DNA from: Candidatus Omnitrophota bacterium
Lineage (GTDB): Bacteria > Omnitrophota > Gorgyraeia > Gygaellales > Profunditerraquicolaceae
Length of the DNA stretch: 45,462 nucleotides
Reading direction: 5' to 3'
Assembly (NCBI GenBank): GCA_016214325.1
Contig: JACROS010000030.1
Location: 1 to 45,462 of the forward strand
Of this stretch, positions 36,807 to 44,833 are shown one piece after another. The notes beneath the pieces were generated by a model that searched no databases, was not told where the DNA came from, and saw only the letters and a list, made by a program, of their open reading frames with translations. A program made the translations under genes and the position numbers. Numbering within the stretch: position 1 is the first letter of the stretch; each line of letters begins with the position of its first letter.

Positions 36807-37148
36807 ATGCACGATTTGATGTATGCCAACAAGATTATTTGTTTCTTAAGAGAGAATGTTTCCGCTCAAGATAGAGGAAAGCGGATAGTAGTTAATGTCA
36901 TGTTGGGCCCGTTTACGCATGTTACTGTTGATAGCCTTAAGGCAGCCTTTGGCGCAGTTTTGGCCAAGGAGGATTTTGGCAATGTCGAGCTTTGCGTTAA
37001 GAAAAACGAGGTGAGTATTAAATGTAAGAAATGCGGATTTATTTCCAAATCTGCAGAACCGTTATTTTCCTGCTCAGTTTGTAATTGCCCTGATTTTGAT
37101 ATACTGAGTGCGGAAGAGTTTGTAATCCAGTCCATTGAAATAAAATAA
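36807..37148 (+). CDS. hypA: Hydrogenase nickel-insertion metallochaperone HypA/HybF
   Basis: 113 aa. N-terminal MHD (MHE-like Ni site) and CKKCGF....CSVCNCPDF zinc-finger cysteines. Confidence 0.8.
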   Translation: MHDLMYANKIICFLRENVSAQDRGKRIVVNVMLGPFTHVTVDSLKAAFGAVLAKEDFGNVELCVKKNEVSIKCKKCGFISKSAEPLFSCSVCNCPDFDILSAEEFVIQSIEIK

Positions 37149-37173
37149 TTCAGTTGTTAGGAGAAAATTTAAT

Positions 37174-37911
37174 ATGCCGCAAGTTAGGTTAGACGTTTGT
37201 TTGTTGGAAATGAGCCAAAATGCAGTAGCTTTGATTTATGCTGCTTGTCGGCAGTGTTATTCTGAAAAGTTTGCTGGAGATATTTACTCTGAAGCAGGGA
37301 TCAATCCAGAAAAAGAAGAAGAGTTTATTAGAAAAGTGGTTTCCTCTGGGCATGAAAGTCCGCTTGAACATGTTAAGTTTACTTTTGCTGTTCAGGGGGT
37401 TTCAAGAGCGCTCACACATCAATTGGTTAGGCATCGCGTGGCATCTTATTCTCAACAGAGCCAGCGTTACGTAAAAGAAAAACAGTTTGATTATATTATC
37501 CCTCCTTCTTTTGAGAGAAATCCCGAGTCAAAAAAAGAATTTGAGAAAATGATGCAGGAGATTCAGGTTGGTTACGATAAAATGCTGGGGTATTTGTCGC
37601 AGGCAGGGATTACTGGAGAGGCGGCAAATCAAGATGCGCGTTTTGTCCTGCCGCAGGCAGCTGAAACAAAGATCGTAATTACAATGAATTGCCGGGAATT
37701 AATGCATTTTTTTAAGCATCGTTGTTGTGCTAGGGCCCAGTGGGAAATAAGGCAGTTATCCATGAAAATGCTTGATATTTGCAAAGAGAAACTTCCGTCG
37801 GTGTTTATGGGGGCGGGTGCTAAATGTGAATCTCTTGGTTATTGCCCGGAAACAGAGAAGTTTTCCTGTGGCAGGTATTTGGTAAAAGAAAAAATTATTA
37901 AAACTAAATAA
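37174..37911 (+). CDS. thyX: FAD-dependent thymidylate synthase ThyX
   Basis: ThyX signature LVRHRVASYSQQSQRY (RHRxxSxxxxSxR), plus HESPLEH and R-x-x-x-H motifs. Confidence 0.9.
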   Translation: MPQVRLDVCLLEMSQNAVALIYAACRQCYSEKFAGDIYSEAGINPEKEEEFIRKVVSSGHESPLEHVKFTFAVQGVSRALTHQLVRHRVASYSQQSQRYVKEKQFDYIIPPSFERNPESKKEFEKMMQEIQVGYDKMLGYLSQAGITGEAANQDARFVLPQAAETKIVITMNCRELMHFFKHRCCARAQWEIRQLSMKMLDICKEKLPSVFMGAGAKCESLGYCPETEKFSCGRYLVKEKIIKTK

Positions 37912-37913
37912 AC

Positions 37914-38944
37914 ATGCAAGTCAGTGCTCCTGAAGTATTAAAAAAGACTCCTCTATATGAAGCTCACCTGAAATTAAACGCCAAAATGTCAGGTTTTGGT
38001 GGTTGGTTAATGCCCATTCAATATGAAGGAATTTTAGCTGAGCATTTATATACGCGCCAGGCGGTTACTTTGTTTGATATTTGTCACATGGGAGAATTTT
38101 TGCTTGAGGCAGATCCTGTTTCAAGCGGATTGGATAATATAGTTACTCAGAATATTGTTGATATGCCGCTTGGTTCCTGCCGTTATGGATTTATGTTGAA
38201 TGAATCTGCGGGGGTGATTGATGATCTTATTGTTTATAGAATAAGAGAAAATTATTGGATGCTGGTGGTTAATGCCGCAACTATCTCTGGCGATGAAGAC
38301 AATCTCAGGAAAAATTTATCAGGAAGTTATGAATTTCATAATGTTTCTGATGCTTTAGGAAAACTTGATTTACAAGGGCCGCGTTCTCAGGAGATTTTGA
38401 TAAGTATTTTTGGGGAAAAGATTAGTAATCTTGGTTATTATAAATTTGGAGAGTTTACATTTCAAAAAGAGAGCTGTATAATAAGCCGAACCGGATATAC
38501 TGGCGAAATTGGTTACGAAATATATATAAAGAATGATTTTGTGCTAGATTTGTGGGAACGTTTATTAAAAACAAACGTAGTTAAACCAGCAGGCCTTGGA
38601 TGCCGGGATACTTTGCGGCTTGAGATGGGTTATCCGCTTTATGGGCATGAGCTTGATTTAAATCATTCTCCGCTTGCTGCTGGGTTGGAAAAGTTTGTTG
38701 ATTTCTCAAAAGATTTTATAAGGCTGATTCCCGACGCTCACCTCGGCATGGATTTGGGGTATATTCTCAGGAAAAACTTGTCGGTAGGGTTACAAGCGGT
38801 TCTTTTTCTCCGAGCCTTGCTGTGGGTATCGGCATGGGATACGTTTCTGGAGATTGTTCAGTTGGGGACAAGCTTGTTGTGAGGGATCAAGGAGTAGAAA
38901 TTCCAGTTACTATTGTAGGAAAACCGTTTTTATCCAAAAATTAA
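37914..38944 (+). pseudogene. gcvT: Glycine cleavage system T protein (aminomethyltransferase) with an internal ~20-codon deletion plus frameshift near 38720
   Basis: The ORF 37914-38882 matches GcvT up to ...FVDFSKDFI, then becomes non-homologous. The conserved C-terminus (SRRSPRHGFGVYSQEKLVGRVTSGSFSPSLAVGIGMGYVS...KPFLSKN*) reads in another frame and ends at 38944. Confidence 0.8.
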
Positions 38945-38957
38945 TCTAGGAGATAGC

Positions 38958-39344
38958 ATGAATATACCGAAGAATTTCTTTTACACCAAAGAACATGAAT
39001 GGGCGCGCATTGAAGGAAAAACTGCTTATGTTGGTATTACTGATTATGCGCAGGCATCCTTAGGAGACATTACCTTTGTAGGGCTTCCTAAAGAAAAAGC
39101 TGCAGTAAAGCAGTCAGAGTATTGCGCTACTGTTGAATCAGTGAAAGCTGCTTCTGATGTTTATGCGCCTTTTTCTGGAACAGTAGTCTCGGTTAATGGC
39201 GCATTGTCTAGCCATCCGGAGTTGGTGAATCAGTCTCCTTATGAAAAAGGTTATTTTTTTGTGGTGTCGCTTGAGAATGAAGCAGAGAAACAAAATCTTA
39301 TGGACGCAGAAACTTATCAGCGCTATGTGGAGGGGCTCGCTTGA
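38958..39344 (+). CDS. gcvH: Glycine cleavage system H protein (lipoyl carrier)
   Basis: YTKEHEW, GITDYAQ and the lipoyl-lysine motif VESVKAASDVYAP. Confidence 0.9.
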   Translation: MNIPKNFFYTKEHEWARIEGKTAYVGITDYAQASLGDITFVGLPKEKAAVKQSEYCATVESVKAASDVYAPFSGTVVSVNGALSSHPELVNQSPYEKGYFFVVSLENEAEKQNLMDAETYQRYVEGLA

Positions 39345-40681
39345 GTAAAATGAATTATACGCCTCATACACAGGAAGATGTTAAGCAAATGCTGAAGGCA
39401 ATTGGTGCTTCAAGCATTGAGGAGCTTTTTAAGGATATCCCGCAAGCTTTGCGCGCAAAATCATTTAATCTTGCCGATGGAAAATCAGAGATTGAGGTAA
39501 CTAATCATTTGAAAAAACTCTCTGATAAAAATGCCACAGGTTTAATAAATTTTGTAGGTGCTGGTTTTTATGATCACTTTATACCGGCGGCAGTAGATGC
39601 GATTGTTAATCGGCCGGAGTTTTATACCGCTTATACGCCGTATCAGCCGGAGTGCTCTCAAGGATGGCTGCAGTCAATTTATGAATATCAGACCGCTATC
39701 TGTGAGTTAACTGGTTTAGATGTTTCTAATGCTTCTTTGTATGATGGAGGAACAGCCATTTATGAAGCGGCAATGATGTCTATTAGGCTTACTGGAAGAA
39801 ATAAAATTATTATGGATAGTGGAATGAGCCTGATTTACCGCGCTATGCTTTATACTTATACATCAAATCTTTCCATTGAGTTTGTAGAGATTCCTGTTGT
39901 GCATGGGCATAGTTCACGCGAAGAGCTTTTTAAGCACCTGGATGATAAAACCGCAGCGGTAATCTTGCAGAACCCAAACTTCTTTGGGGCAGTTGATGAT
40001 CATAGCGATGTGGTTGAACGCGTTCATAAGTTTGGAGCATTGGCTATTTCTTCAGTATATCCAGTTTCTTTAGGCATGTTAAAATCTCCGGGTGAAATGA
40101 ATTTTGATATTGCAACAGGCGAGGGCCAGAGTCTGGGTATTCCTCTTTCTTTTGGCGGGCCATATTTGGGATTTATGGCAGCAAAAAAAGAATTAGTGCG
40201 CCAGATGCCTGGAAGAATTGTTGGAGAAACCGTTGATTCCGACGGTAAGCGCGGGTTTGTGCTTACTTTGCAAACACGCGAACAGCATATTCGCAGAGAA
40301 AAAGCAACTTCTAATATTTGTTCAAATGAGGCGCATTGTGCTTTACGCGCAGTGGTTTTTCTTTCTCTTTTAGGAAGGTCTGGTATTAAAGAGATGGCTG
40401 AATTAAATTATCAAAAGACTGAGTTTGCCAAAGAGGCTTTATCTAAAATTAAAGGAGTAGAGGTAAAACGCAGCTCGCCAACATTTAATGAGTTTACGGT
40501 AATGCTTCCTCGGCGGGCAGATGATGTGGTTTACCGTATGATTGACAAAGGATTTGCTTGTGGTTTTCCTTTAGGAAGATTCTATAAAGGTATGGAAAAT
40601 TATTTGTTGATTGCTGTTACTGAAAAACGCACAAAAGAAGAGATTTGCCGGCTAGCTGACAGTTTGGAGGCAGTATTATAA
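39341..40681 (+). CDS. gcvPA: Glycine dehydrogenase (decarboxylating) subunit 1 (P-protein alpha)
   Basis: YTPYQPECSQGWLQ..YEYQT motif and length typical of GcvPA. TTG 39341 overlaps the gcvH stop; ATG 39350 is an alternative start. Confidence 0.9.
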   Translation: MSKMNYTPHTQEDVKQMLKAIGASSIEELFKDIPQALRAKSFNLADGKSEIEVTNHLKKLSDKNATGLINFVGAGFYDHFIPAAVDAIVNRPEFYTAYTPYQPECSQGWLQSIYEYQTAICELTGLDVSNASLYDGGTAIYEAAMMSIRLTGRNKIIMDSGMSLIYRAMLYTYTSNLSIEFVEIPVVHGHSSREELFKHLDDKTAAVILQNPNFFGAVDDHSDVVERVHKFGALAISSVYPVSLGMLKSPGEMNFDIATGEGQSLGIPLSFGGPYLGFMAAKKELVRQMPGRIVGETVDSDGKRGFVLTLQTREQHIRREKATSNICSNEAHCALRAVVFLSLLGRSGIKEMAELNYQKTEFAKEALSKIKGVEVKRSSPTFNEFTVMLPRRADDVVYRMIDKGFACGFPLGRFYKGMENYLLIAVTEKRTKEEICRLADSLEAVL

Positions 40682-40748
40682 TTAATTATATTTTTGCTTA
40701 GAATTATCCTGAGCAAGCGACGAACAACAGTAAGGAGCGTGTCGAAGG

Positions 40749-42197
40749 ATGCAGTTAATATATGAAAAACATAAAGAAGGAAGGCGCGGGTTTTGTTTTT
40801 CAAAACCAGATGTCCCTCAGGCAAAGCCGCTTGATGTAAAATATTGCCGCAGTAAAGATACAAATATTGCTTCATTAAGTGAGCTTGATGTAGTAAGGCA
40901 TTATACCAATTTATCCCGCCTGAATTTTTCTGTTGATACGAATTTTTATCCTCTTGGCTCATGCACAATGAAATATAACCCTAAATTTACCGAGCGCATT
41001 GCTGCGTTTGAAGGTTTTTCTCAATTACATCCTTTGCTGCCGCAGTTAGCCGGAGGCGGCATGCTTGCGCAAGGTTCACTGGAAGTGTTGTATGAAGCAG
41101 AAAAACTTCTTGCAGAGATAACTGGGATGATTGCGTTTACTATGCAGCCATTAGCAGGGGCACATGGTGAATTAACCGGAGCTATGCTTATCGCGGCGTA
41201 TCATAAAGACAAGGGTTCGCGCAGAAAATATATTATTGTTCCGGATTCTTCTCATGGCACAAATCCGGCAAGTGCTGCAATTGCCGGCTATCAGGTAATT
41301 GTGATTCCGACGGGTAAAGACGGTTATATGGATTTAGAGCAGTATAAAAAATACTTAAACAGTGATGTGGCTGCAGTGATGTTAACTTGTCCTGATACAT
41401 TGGGAATTTTTAATCCGCAAATAAAAGAAATTGCTGATATGGCGCATGAAGTAGGGGCGTTAATGTATTATGATGGAGCAAATCTTAATGCGCTTCTTGG
41501 TAAGGCCCGTCCAGGAGACTTAGGTTTTGATGTGGTGCATATTAATCTGCATAAAACATTTGGTACTCCGCACGGAGGAGGCGGCCCGGGAGCAGGGCCG
41601 GTGGGAGTAAGTGAAGCTTTAGTTGATTTTCTTCCCAAGCCGCGTGTTGTGCGCAGGAGTGACGCTACTTATGCGCTGGATTACCATTATAATAAGTCAA
41701 TAGGTTACATTGCGCCTTTTTATGGTAACTTTGGCGTTATTCTTAAGGCTTACGCGTATATGCTTTGTTTAGGAAAAGACGGCCTCATTAAAACTGCGGA
41801 GCTTGCGGTATTAAATGCTAATTATTGTCAGGCTCGCCTTAAAGATTATTATGATCTAGCTTTTGAAAAGGCTTGTATGCATGAGTGTGTTTTTTCTGCC
41901 GCTCGCCAAGCAAAAAATGGGGTGCATGCAATTGATATTGCCAAATATCTGATTGATAAAGGGTATCATCCTCCGACGGTGTATTTCCCGCTGATTGTCA
42001 AAGAGGCGTTGATGATTGAGCCTACTGAAACAGAGTCTAAAGAAACCCTTGACGTTTTTATTGAAACCATGATTGAAATTGCTCGTCTTACTGAAGATGA
42101 CCCAATTCGTGTGAAGCAGGCACCTCTTAATATGCCGATTAAGCGCCTGGATGAAACAAGGGCGGCACGCGAACCAAATCTGCGTTGGAAATCCTAA
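40749..42197 (+). CDS. gcvPB: Glycine dehydrogenase (decarboxylating) subunit 2 (P-protein beta)
   Basis: LIYEKHKEGRRG N-terminus, and the PLP-lysine motif HINLHKTFGTPHGGGGPG. Confidence 0.9.
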   Translation: MQLIYEKHKEGRRGFCFSKPDVPQAKPLDVKYCRSKDTNIASLSELDVVRHYTNLSRLNFSVDTNFYPLGSCTMKYNPKFTERIAAFEGFSQLHPLLPQLAGGGMLAQGSLEVLYEAEKLLAEITGMIAFTMQPLAGAHGELTGAMLIAAYHKDKGSRRKYIIVPDSSHGTNPASAAIAGYQVIVIPTGKDGYMDLEQYKKYLNSDVAAVMLTCPDTLGIFNPQIKEIADMAHEVGALMYYDGANLNALLGKARPGDLGFDVVHINLHKTFGTPHGGGGPGAGPVGVSEALVDFLPKPRVVRRSDATYALDYHYNKSIGYIAPFYGNFGVILKAYAYMLCLGKDGLIKTAELAVLNANYCQARLKDYYDLAFEKACMHECVFSAARQAKNGVHAIDIAKYLIDKGYHPPTVYFPLIVKEALMIEPTETESKETLDVFIETMIEIARLTEDDPIRVKQAPLNMPIKRLDETRAAREPNLRWKS

Positions 42198-42200
42198 TAA

Positions 42201-42810
42201 ATGAAAGTATTTAGGCTCATTCGTTCAAAGCCGGCAACAGCTGTTTATAATATGGCTTTGGATGAGAAGATCTTTAACCAGTATCTTCTAGACGGTATAC
42301 CTGTGTTGCGTGTGTATGGATGGTCGAGCCCGTCTTTTACTTATGGTTTTTCCCAGAGGCCGGAAGATAGTCTTGATTTATCTAAGTGCGCTAAAGACGG
42401 AATTGAGGTTGTAAAAAGAATTACTTGGCCTGAAGGCTTCTTTTGCAGTTGAGTCAGGTAGCTTTAAGGATAAGTCAACTCCGCATATGTTCTGCAGTGC
42501 TTCAAATGAAAAATACGATATTGTAATTAATAACAAGAAAATAGGTGGTAACGCACAGAAAAGAAGAAAACAAGCTGTGTTTCAGCATGGGGCTATTCCT
42601 TGGAGCATTGATTGGGGTTTGATGGAGAAATATATTCGTGATTTTCCAGTAGATATGCCCAGTAAAATTACAACGCTTTCTCAAGAGTTAACAGATTTTT
42701 TTGACAAAAATATTCTAGAAGATAGATTGATTGATGCTTTTAGCAGTGTATTTGATGCGCGTTTTTACGAAGAGGATAAAATTTACTGTGAAACCGGCGT
42801 GGCTGAATAA
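42201..42810 (+). pseudogene. Lipoate-protein ligase / octanoyltransferase (LplA/LipM family) disrupted by a ~45-codon internal deletion and frameshift at ~42420
   Basis: The N-terminal ORF (42201-42452) matches up to VVKRIT, then stops. The downstream frame resumes with LGLKASFAV...MFCSASNEKYDIVINNKKIGGNAQKR, which retains the catalytic-lysine motif. The GGGAV-H...TYS block expected between them is missing. Confidence 0.7.
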
Positions 42811-43642
42811 AAAAATAGATCTTAGGGCATGTTCAAAGGTAAAGCAGGTTTTACGGGATTTACGCGTAGAAACTGTTTGTGAGCAGGCGATGTGTCCGAA
42901 TATCGGAGAGTGTTTTTCGCGCAGTGAAGCAACTTTTCTAATTTTGGGAAGGCATTGTACAAGGATGTGCAGTTTTTGTAATATAGAAAAAAATGTTCCT
43001 TCTTTAGTTGATTTTGATGAGCCGGAGCGTGTTGCTTGTGCGGTTGAAAAGTTTTCTTTAAGGCACGTTGTAATAACCAGTGTTACCAGAGATGACCTTA
43101 AAGATGGGGGAGCAGGAATTTTTGTGGAAACAATTTTACGCATTCGGAGTAAATGCGATGATATAAAAATAGAAATTCTAGTTCCTGACTTCCAGCTTTC
43201 TCTTGATGCTTTGACTCTTGTTGCGAAAGCGCCTGTTGATATTATTGCGCATAACCTTGAAACAGTTCCTTCGCTTTATAGCGCTGTCCGCCAAGGAGCA
43301 GATTACGCTCGTTCGCTTAGTGTCTTGCGTCAGATTAAGAAAATAACACCTTCTATTAAAACAAAATCAGGGATCATGCTTGGTTTAGGAGAAAAGCAGG
43401 AAGAGGTTATTAGGGTATTGCAGGATTTGCGTCTTATAGGATGTGATTTTATAAGCATTGGCCAGTATCTTGCGCCAAGTATCCGGCATTATCCTGTTAA
43501 AGAATATATTGAACCTGAGAAGTTTAATTTTTATAAAGAGCAGGCGGAACAGCTTGGATTTTTGCACGTTGAAAGCGGCGCTTATGTGCGCAGTTCTTAT
43601 CTGGCAGGAGATTATTTAGAGAATGCAGTCAAAAAGAATTAA
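42788..43642 (+). CDS. lipA: Lipoyl synthase (radical SAM)
   Basis: KPAWLNKK N-terminus, auxiliary cluster CEQAMCPNIGEC, and radical SAM motif CTRMCSFC. GTG 42788 gives a homologue-like N-terminus; in-frame ATGs at 42731 and 42755 are alternatives. Confidence 0.85.
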   Translation: MKPAWLNKKIDLRACSKVKQVLRDLRVETVCEQAMCPNIGECFSRSEATFLILGRHCTRMCSFCNIEKNVPSLVDFDEPERVACAVEKFSLRHVVITSVTRDDLKDGGAGIFVETILRIRSKCDDIKIEILVPDFQLSLDALTLVAKAPVDIIAHNLETVPSLYSAVRQGADYARSLSVLRQIKKITPSIKTKSGIMLGLGEKQEEVIRVLQDLRLIGCDFISIGQYLAPSIRHYPVKEYIEPEKFNFYKEQAEQLGFLHVESGAYVRSSYLAGDYLENAVKKN

Positions 43643-44384
43643 TAGTTTTCTTGAGAACTTCCTTTTTAATGTCCTTTCTTTTCTTAAGGAATCTATGTTT
43701 ACGCAGGAATATGCAGTAAAGAACGGTTTTTTGCAGAAGAGCAATCCTGTGTTTAAAGCCTTAGTTTTTTTATCTATTCTGTTATCGGTATTATTTGCAA
43801 AATCTCTATATTTTCTCGTTGGTGTTTATGTGCTGTGTTTGGTATTGACAGTGCTTTCATCAATTAAAATCGGATTTTTTCTAAAACGTTCATTATTTTT
43901 TATTCCGTTATTTTGTTTTTTTGTTGGGTTGCCGTCTCTTTTTAGCATAGTTACTCCCGGAGAGATTGTATTTAGCTTCAAAATATTTTCACATTCTTTT
44001 AGTATTACAAAACAAGGTATAATGAGTGCAGGATTCTTCTTTATGCGTGTTTTGGTGAGTGTTTCGTTATGCGTGCTTTTAGTTTTAACTACAAGGCACA
44101 ATGTGTTATTAAGGATGCTGCGCGTGTTAAAGGTGCCGCAGATTTTTGTGATGATTTTGGGGATGTGCTATCGGTATGTCTATCTATTTATTGAGATAAT
44201 CCAGAATACTTATTTGGCGATAAAAAGCAGAGTGGGAAGGCCGATGCATTATAAAAAAGGCCAAGGGATTGTAGCGTGGAATATTGCCGGCCTGTGGATA
44301 AGGTCGTATGATTTAAGCCAGCAGGTTTATAATGCAATGCTTAGCCGGGGGTATACCGGCGAGCCGAAAACTTTGGAAGAATAG
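43623..44384 (+). CDS. cbiQ: ECF transporter transmembrane (T) component CbiQ/EcfT
   Basis: 253 aa, ~5-6 TM, and a conserved C-terminal cytoplasmic region (AIKSRVGR...RSYDLSQQVYNAMLSRGYTGE) typical of CbiQ coupling helices. ATG 43623 overlaps the lipA end by 20 nt; ATG 43695 is an alternative start. Confidence 0.75.
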   Translation: MQSKRINSFLENFLFNVLSFLKESMFTQEYAVKNGFLQKSNPVFKALVFLSILLSVLFAKSLYFLVGVYVLCLVLTVLSSIKIGFFLKRSLFFIPLFCFFVGLPSLFSIVTPGEIVFSFKIFSHSFSITKQGIMSAGFFFMRVLVSVSLCVLLVLTTRHNVLLRMLRVLKVPQIFVMILGMCYRYVYLFIEIIQNTYLAIKSRVGRPMHYKKGQGIVAWNIAGLWIRSYDLSQQVYNAMLSRGYTGEPKTLEE

Positions 44385-44409
44385 TTGTAATGAGAGTTTT
44401 TGTTCTCTT

Positions 44410-44458
44410 GAGCTTTATTTTTATGCGTTCTGTTTTGGCATCTGTTTCTCGTTAACAC
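44410..44458 (+). repeat. Repeat copy A (49 nt) of the cbiQ-cbiO spacer repeat family
   Basis: GAGCTTTATTTTTATGCGTTCTGTTTTGGCATCTGTTTCTCGTTAACAC. By hand alignment, 37/49 identical and ungapped to the reverse complement of copy C. Confidence 0.7.
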
Positions 44459-44641
44459 TTCAAGTATTTAGGTGTCAAGGTATATTTCTCGCAGCACCGC
44501 TTGATTTTCCCCGGCGTGGAAAATCTTCGCTCGAGCGAAAGCTCTTGCTCTCGCCAACTCTGCAATAGCGGGCGAACCATATAGAAACTTTTATTGCTTT
44601 AGATAATCAGGTCATGTAATTGAGAAATAATTTAATATATT

Positions 44642-44687
44642 GAGTTTTATTTTTATGGGTGACTTGGCTTGGGATTTCGAGGGACGT
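44642..44687 (+). repeat. Repeat copy B (46 nt), same orientation as copy A
   Basis: GAGTTTTATTTTTATGGGTGACTTGGCTTGGGATTTCGAGGGACGT. Shares the TTTATTTTTATG and TTGGC blocks with A. Pairs with C through 14-bp and 8-bp perfect helices. Confidence 0.7.
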
Positions 44688-44784
44688 TGAGGATGCCGAG
44701 CGGGCAAGGTTCACCCGCTATTAAATATCAGTGAGAGCGAGGCATCCGAGCCGAGCGCAGCCCAGACGCGCTGGGTCTGGGAAA

Positions 44785-44833
44785 GCGTTCCCGAGAAACA
44801 CAAGCCAAGGCAGGACCTATAAAAATAAAACTT
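44785..44833 (-). repeat. Repeat copy C (49 nt), inverted orientation
   Basis: + strand is GCGTTCCCGAGAAACACAAGCCAAGGCAGGACCTATAAAAATAAAACTT. Its reverse complement aligns to A and B. Confidence 0.7.

Noticed and set aside
44332-44568. 78-aa ORF running from the end of cbiQ into the repeat spacer
   Set aside because: It starts inside cbiQ in another frame, has no RBS, and its translation is Cys/Phe/Leu-rich without motifs. It crosses repeat copy A and the hairpins, so it is most likely non-coding.
44657-44760. Resemblance to the 5' part of tmRNA (GGGUGAC..GGAUUUCGAGGG..AUGCCGAGCGGGC..hairpin..UAUUAAAU)
   Set aside because: There is no tRNA-like 3' domain (no GGTTCGAnTCC T-arm, no acceptor/CCA end), no Ala-rich tag reading frame ending in ..LAA-stop, and the total length is too short. 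The 5' and 3' ends pair as a simple long hairpin instead.
44795-44815. GCCAAGGCAG string shared with E. coli 4.5S/SRP RNA
   Set aside because: The diagnostic domain IV elements (GGAA tetraloop with flanking AGCA/GGAAGCAGC symmetric loop) are absent, so the match is a short coincidence.
44410-44833. Possible CRISPR array or cobalamin/NiCo riboswitch in the cbiQ-cbiO spacer
   Set aside because: CRISPR is rejected because there are only three imperfect copies, one inverted, with ~185-nt and ~100-nt spacings. The cobalamin riboswitch is rejected because I find no B12-box-like core. I cannot reproduce the NiCo (czcD) consensus reliably from memory, so that class is not claimed; cmscan is needed to exclude it.
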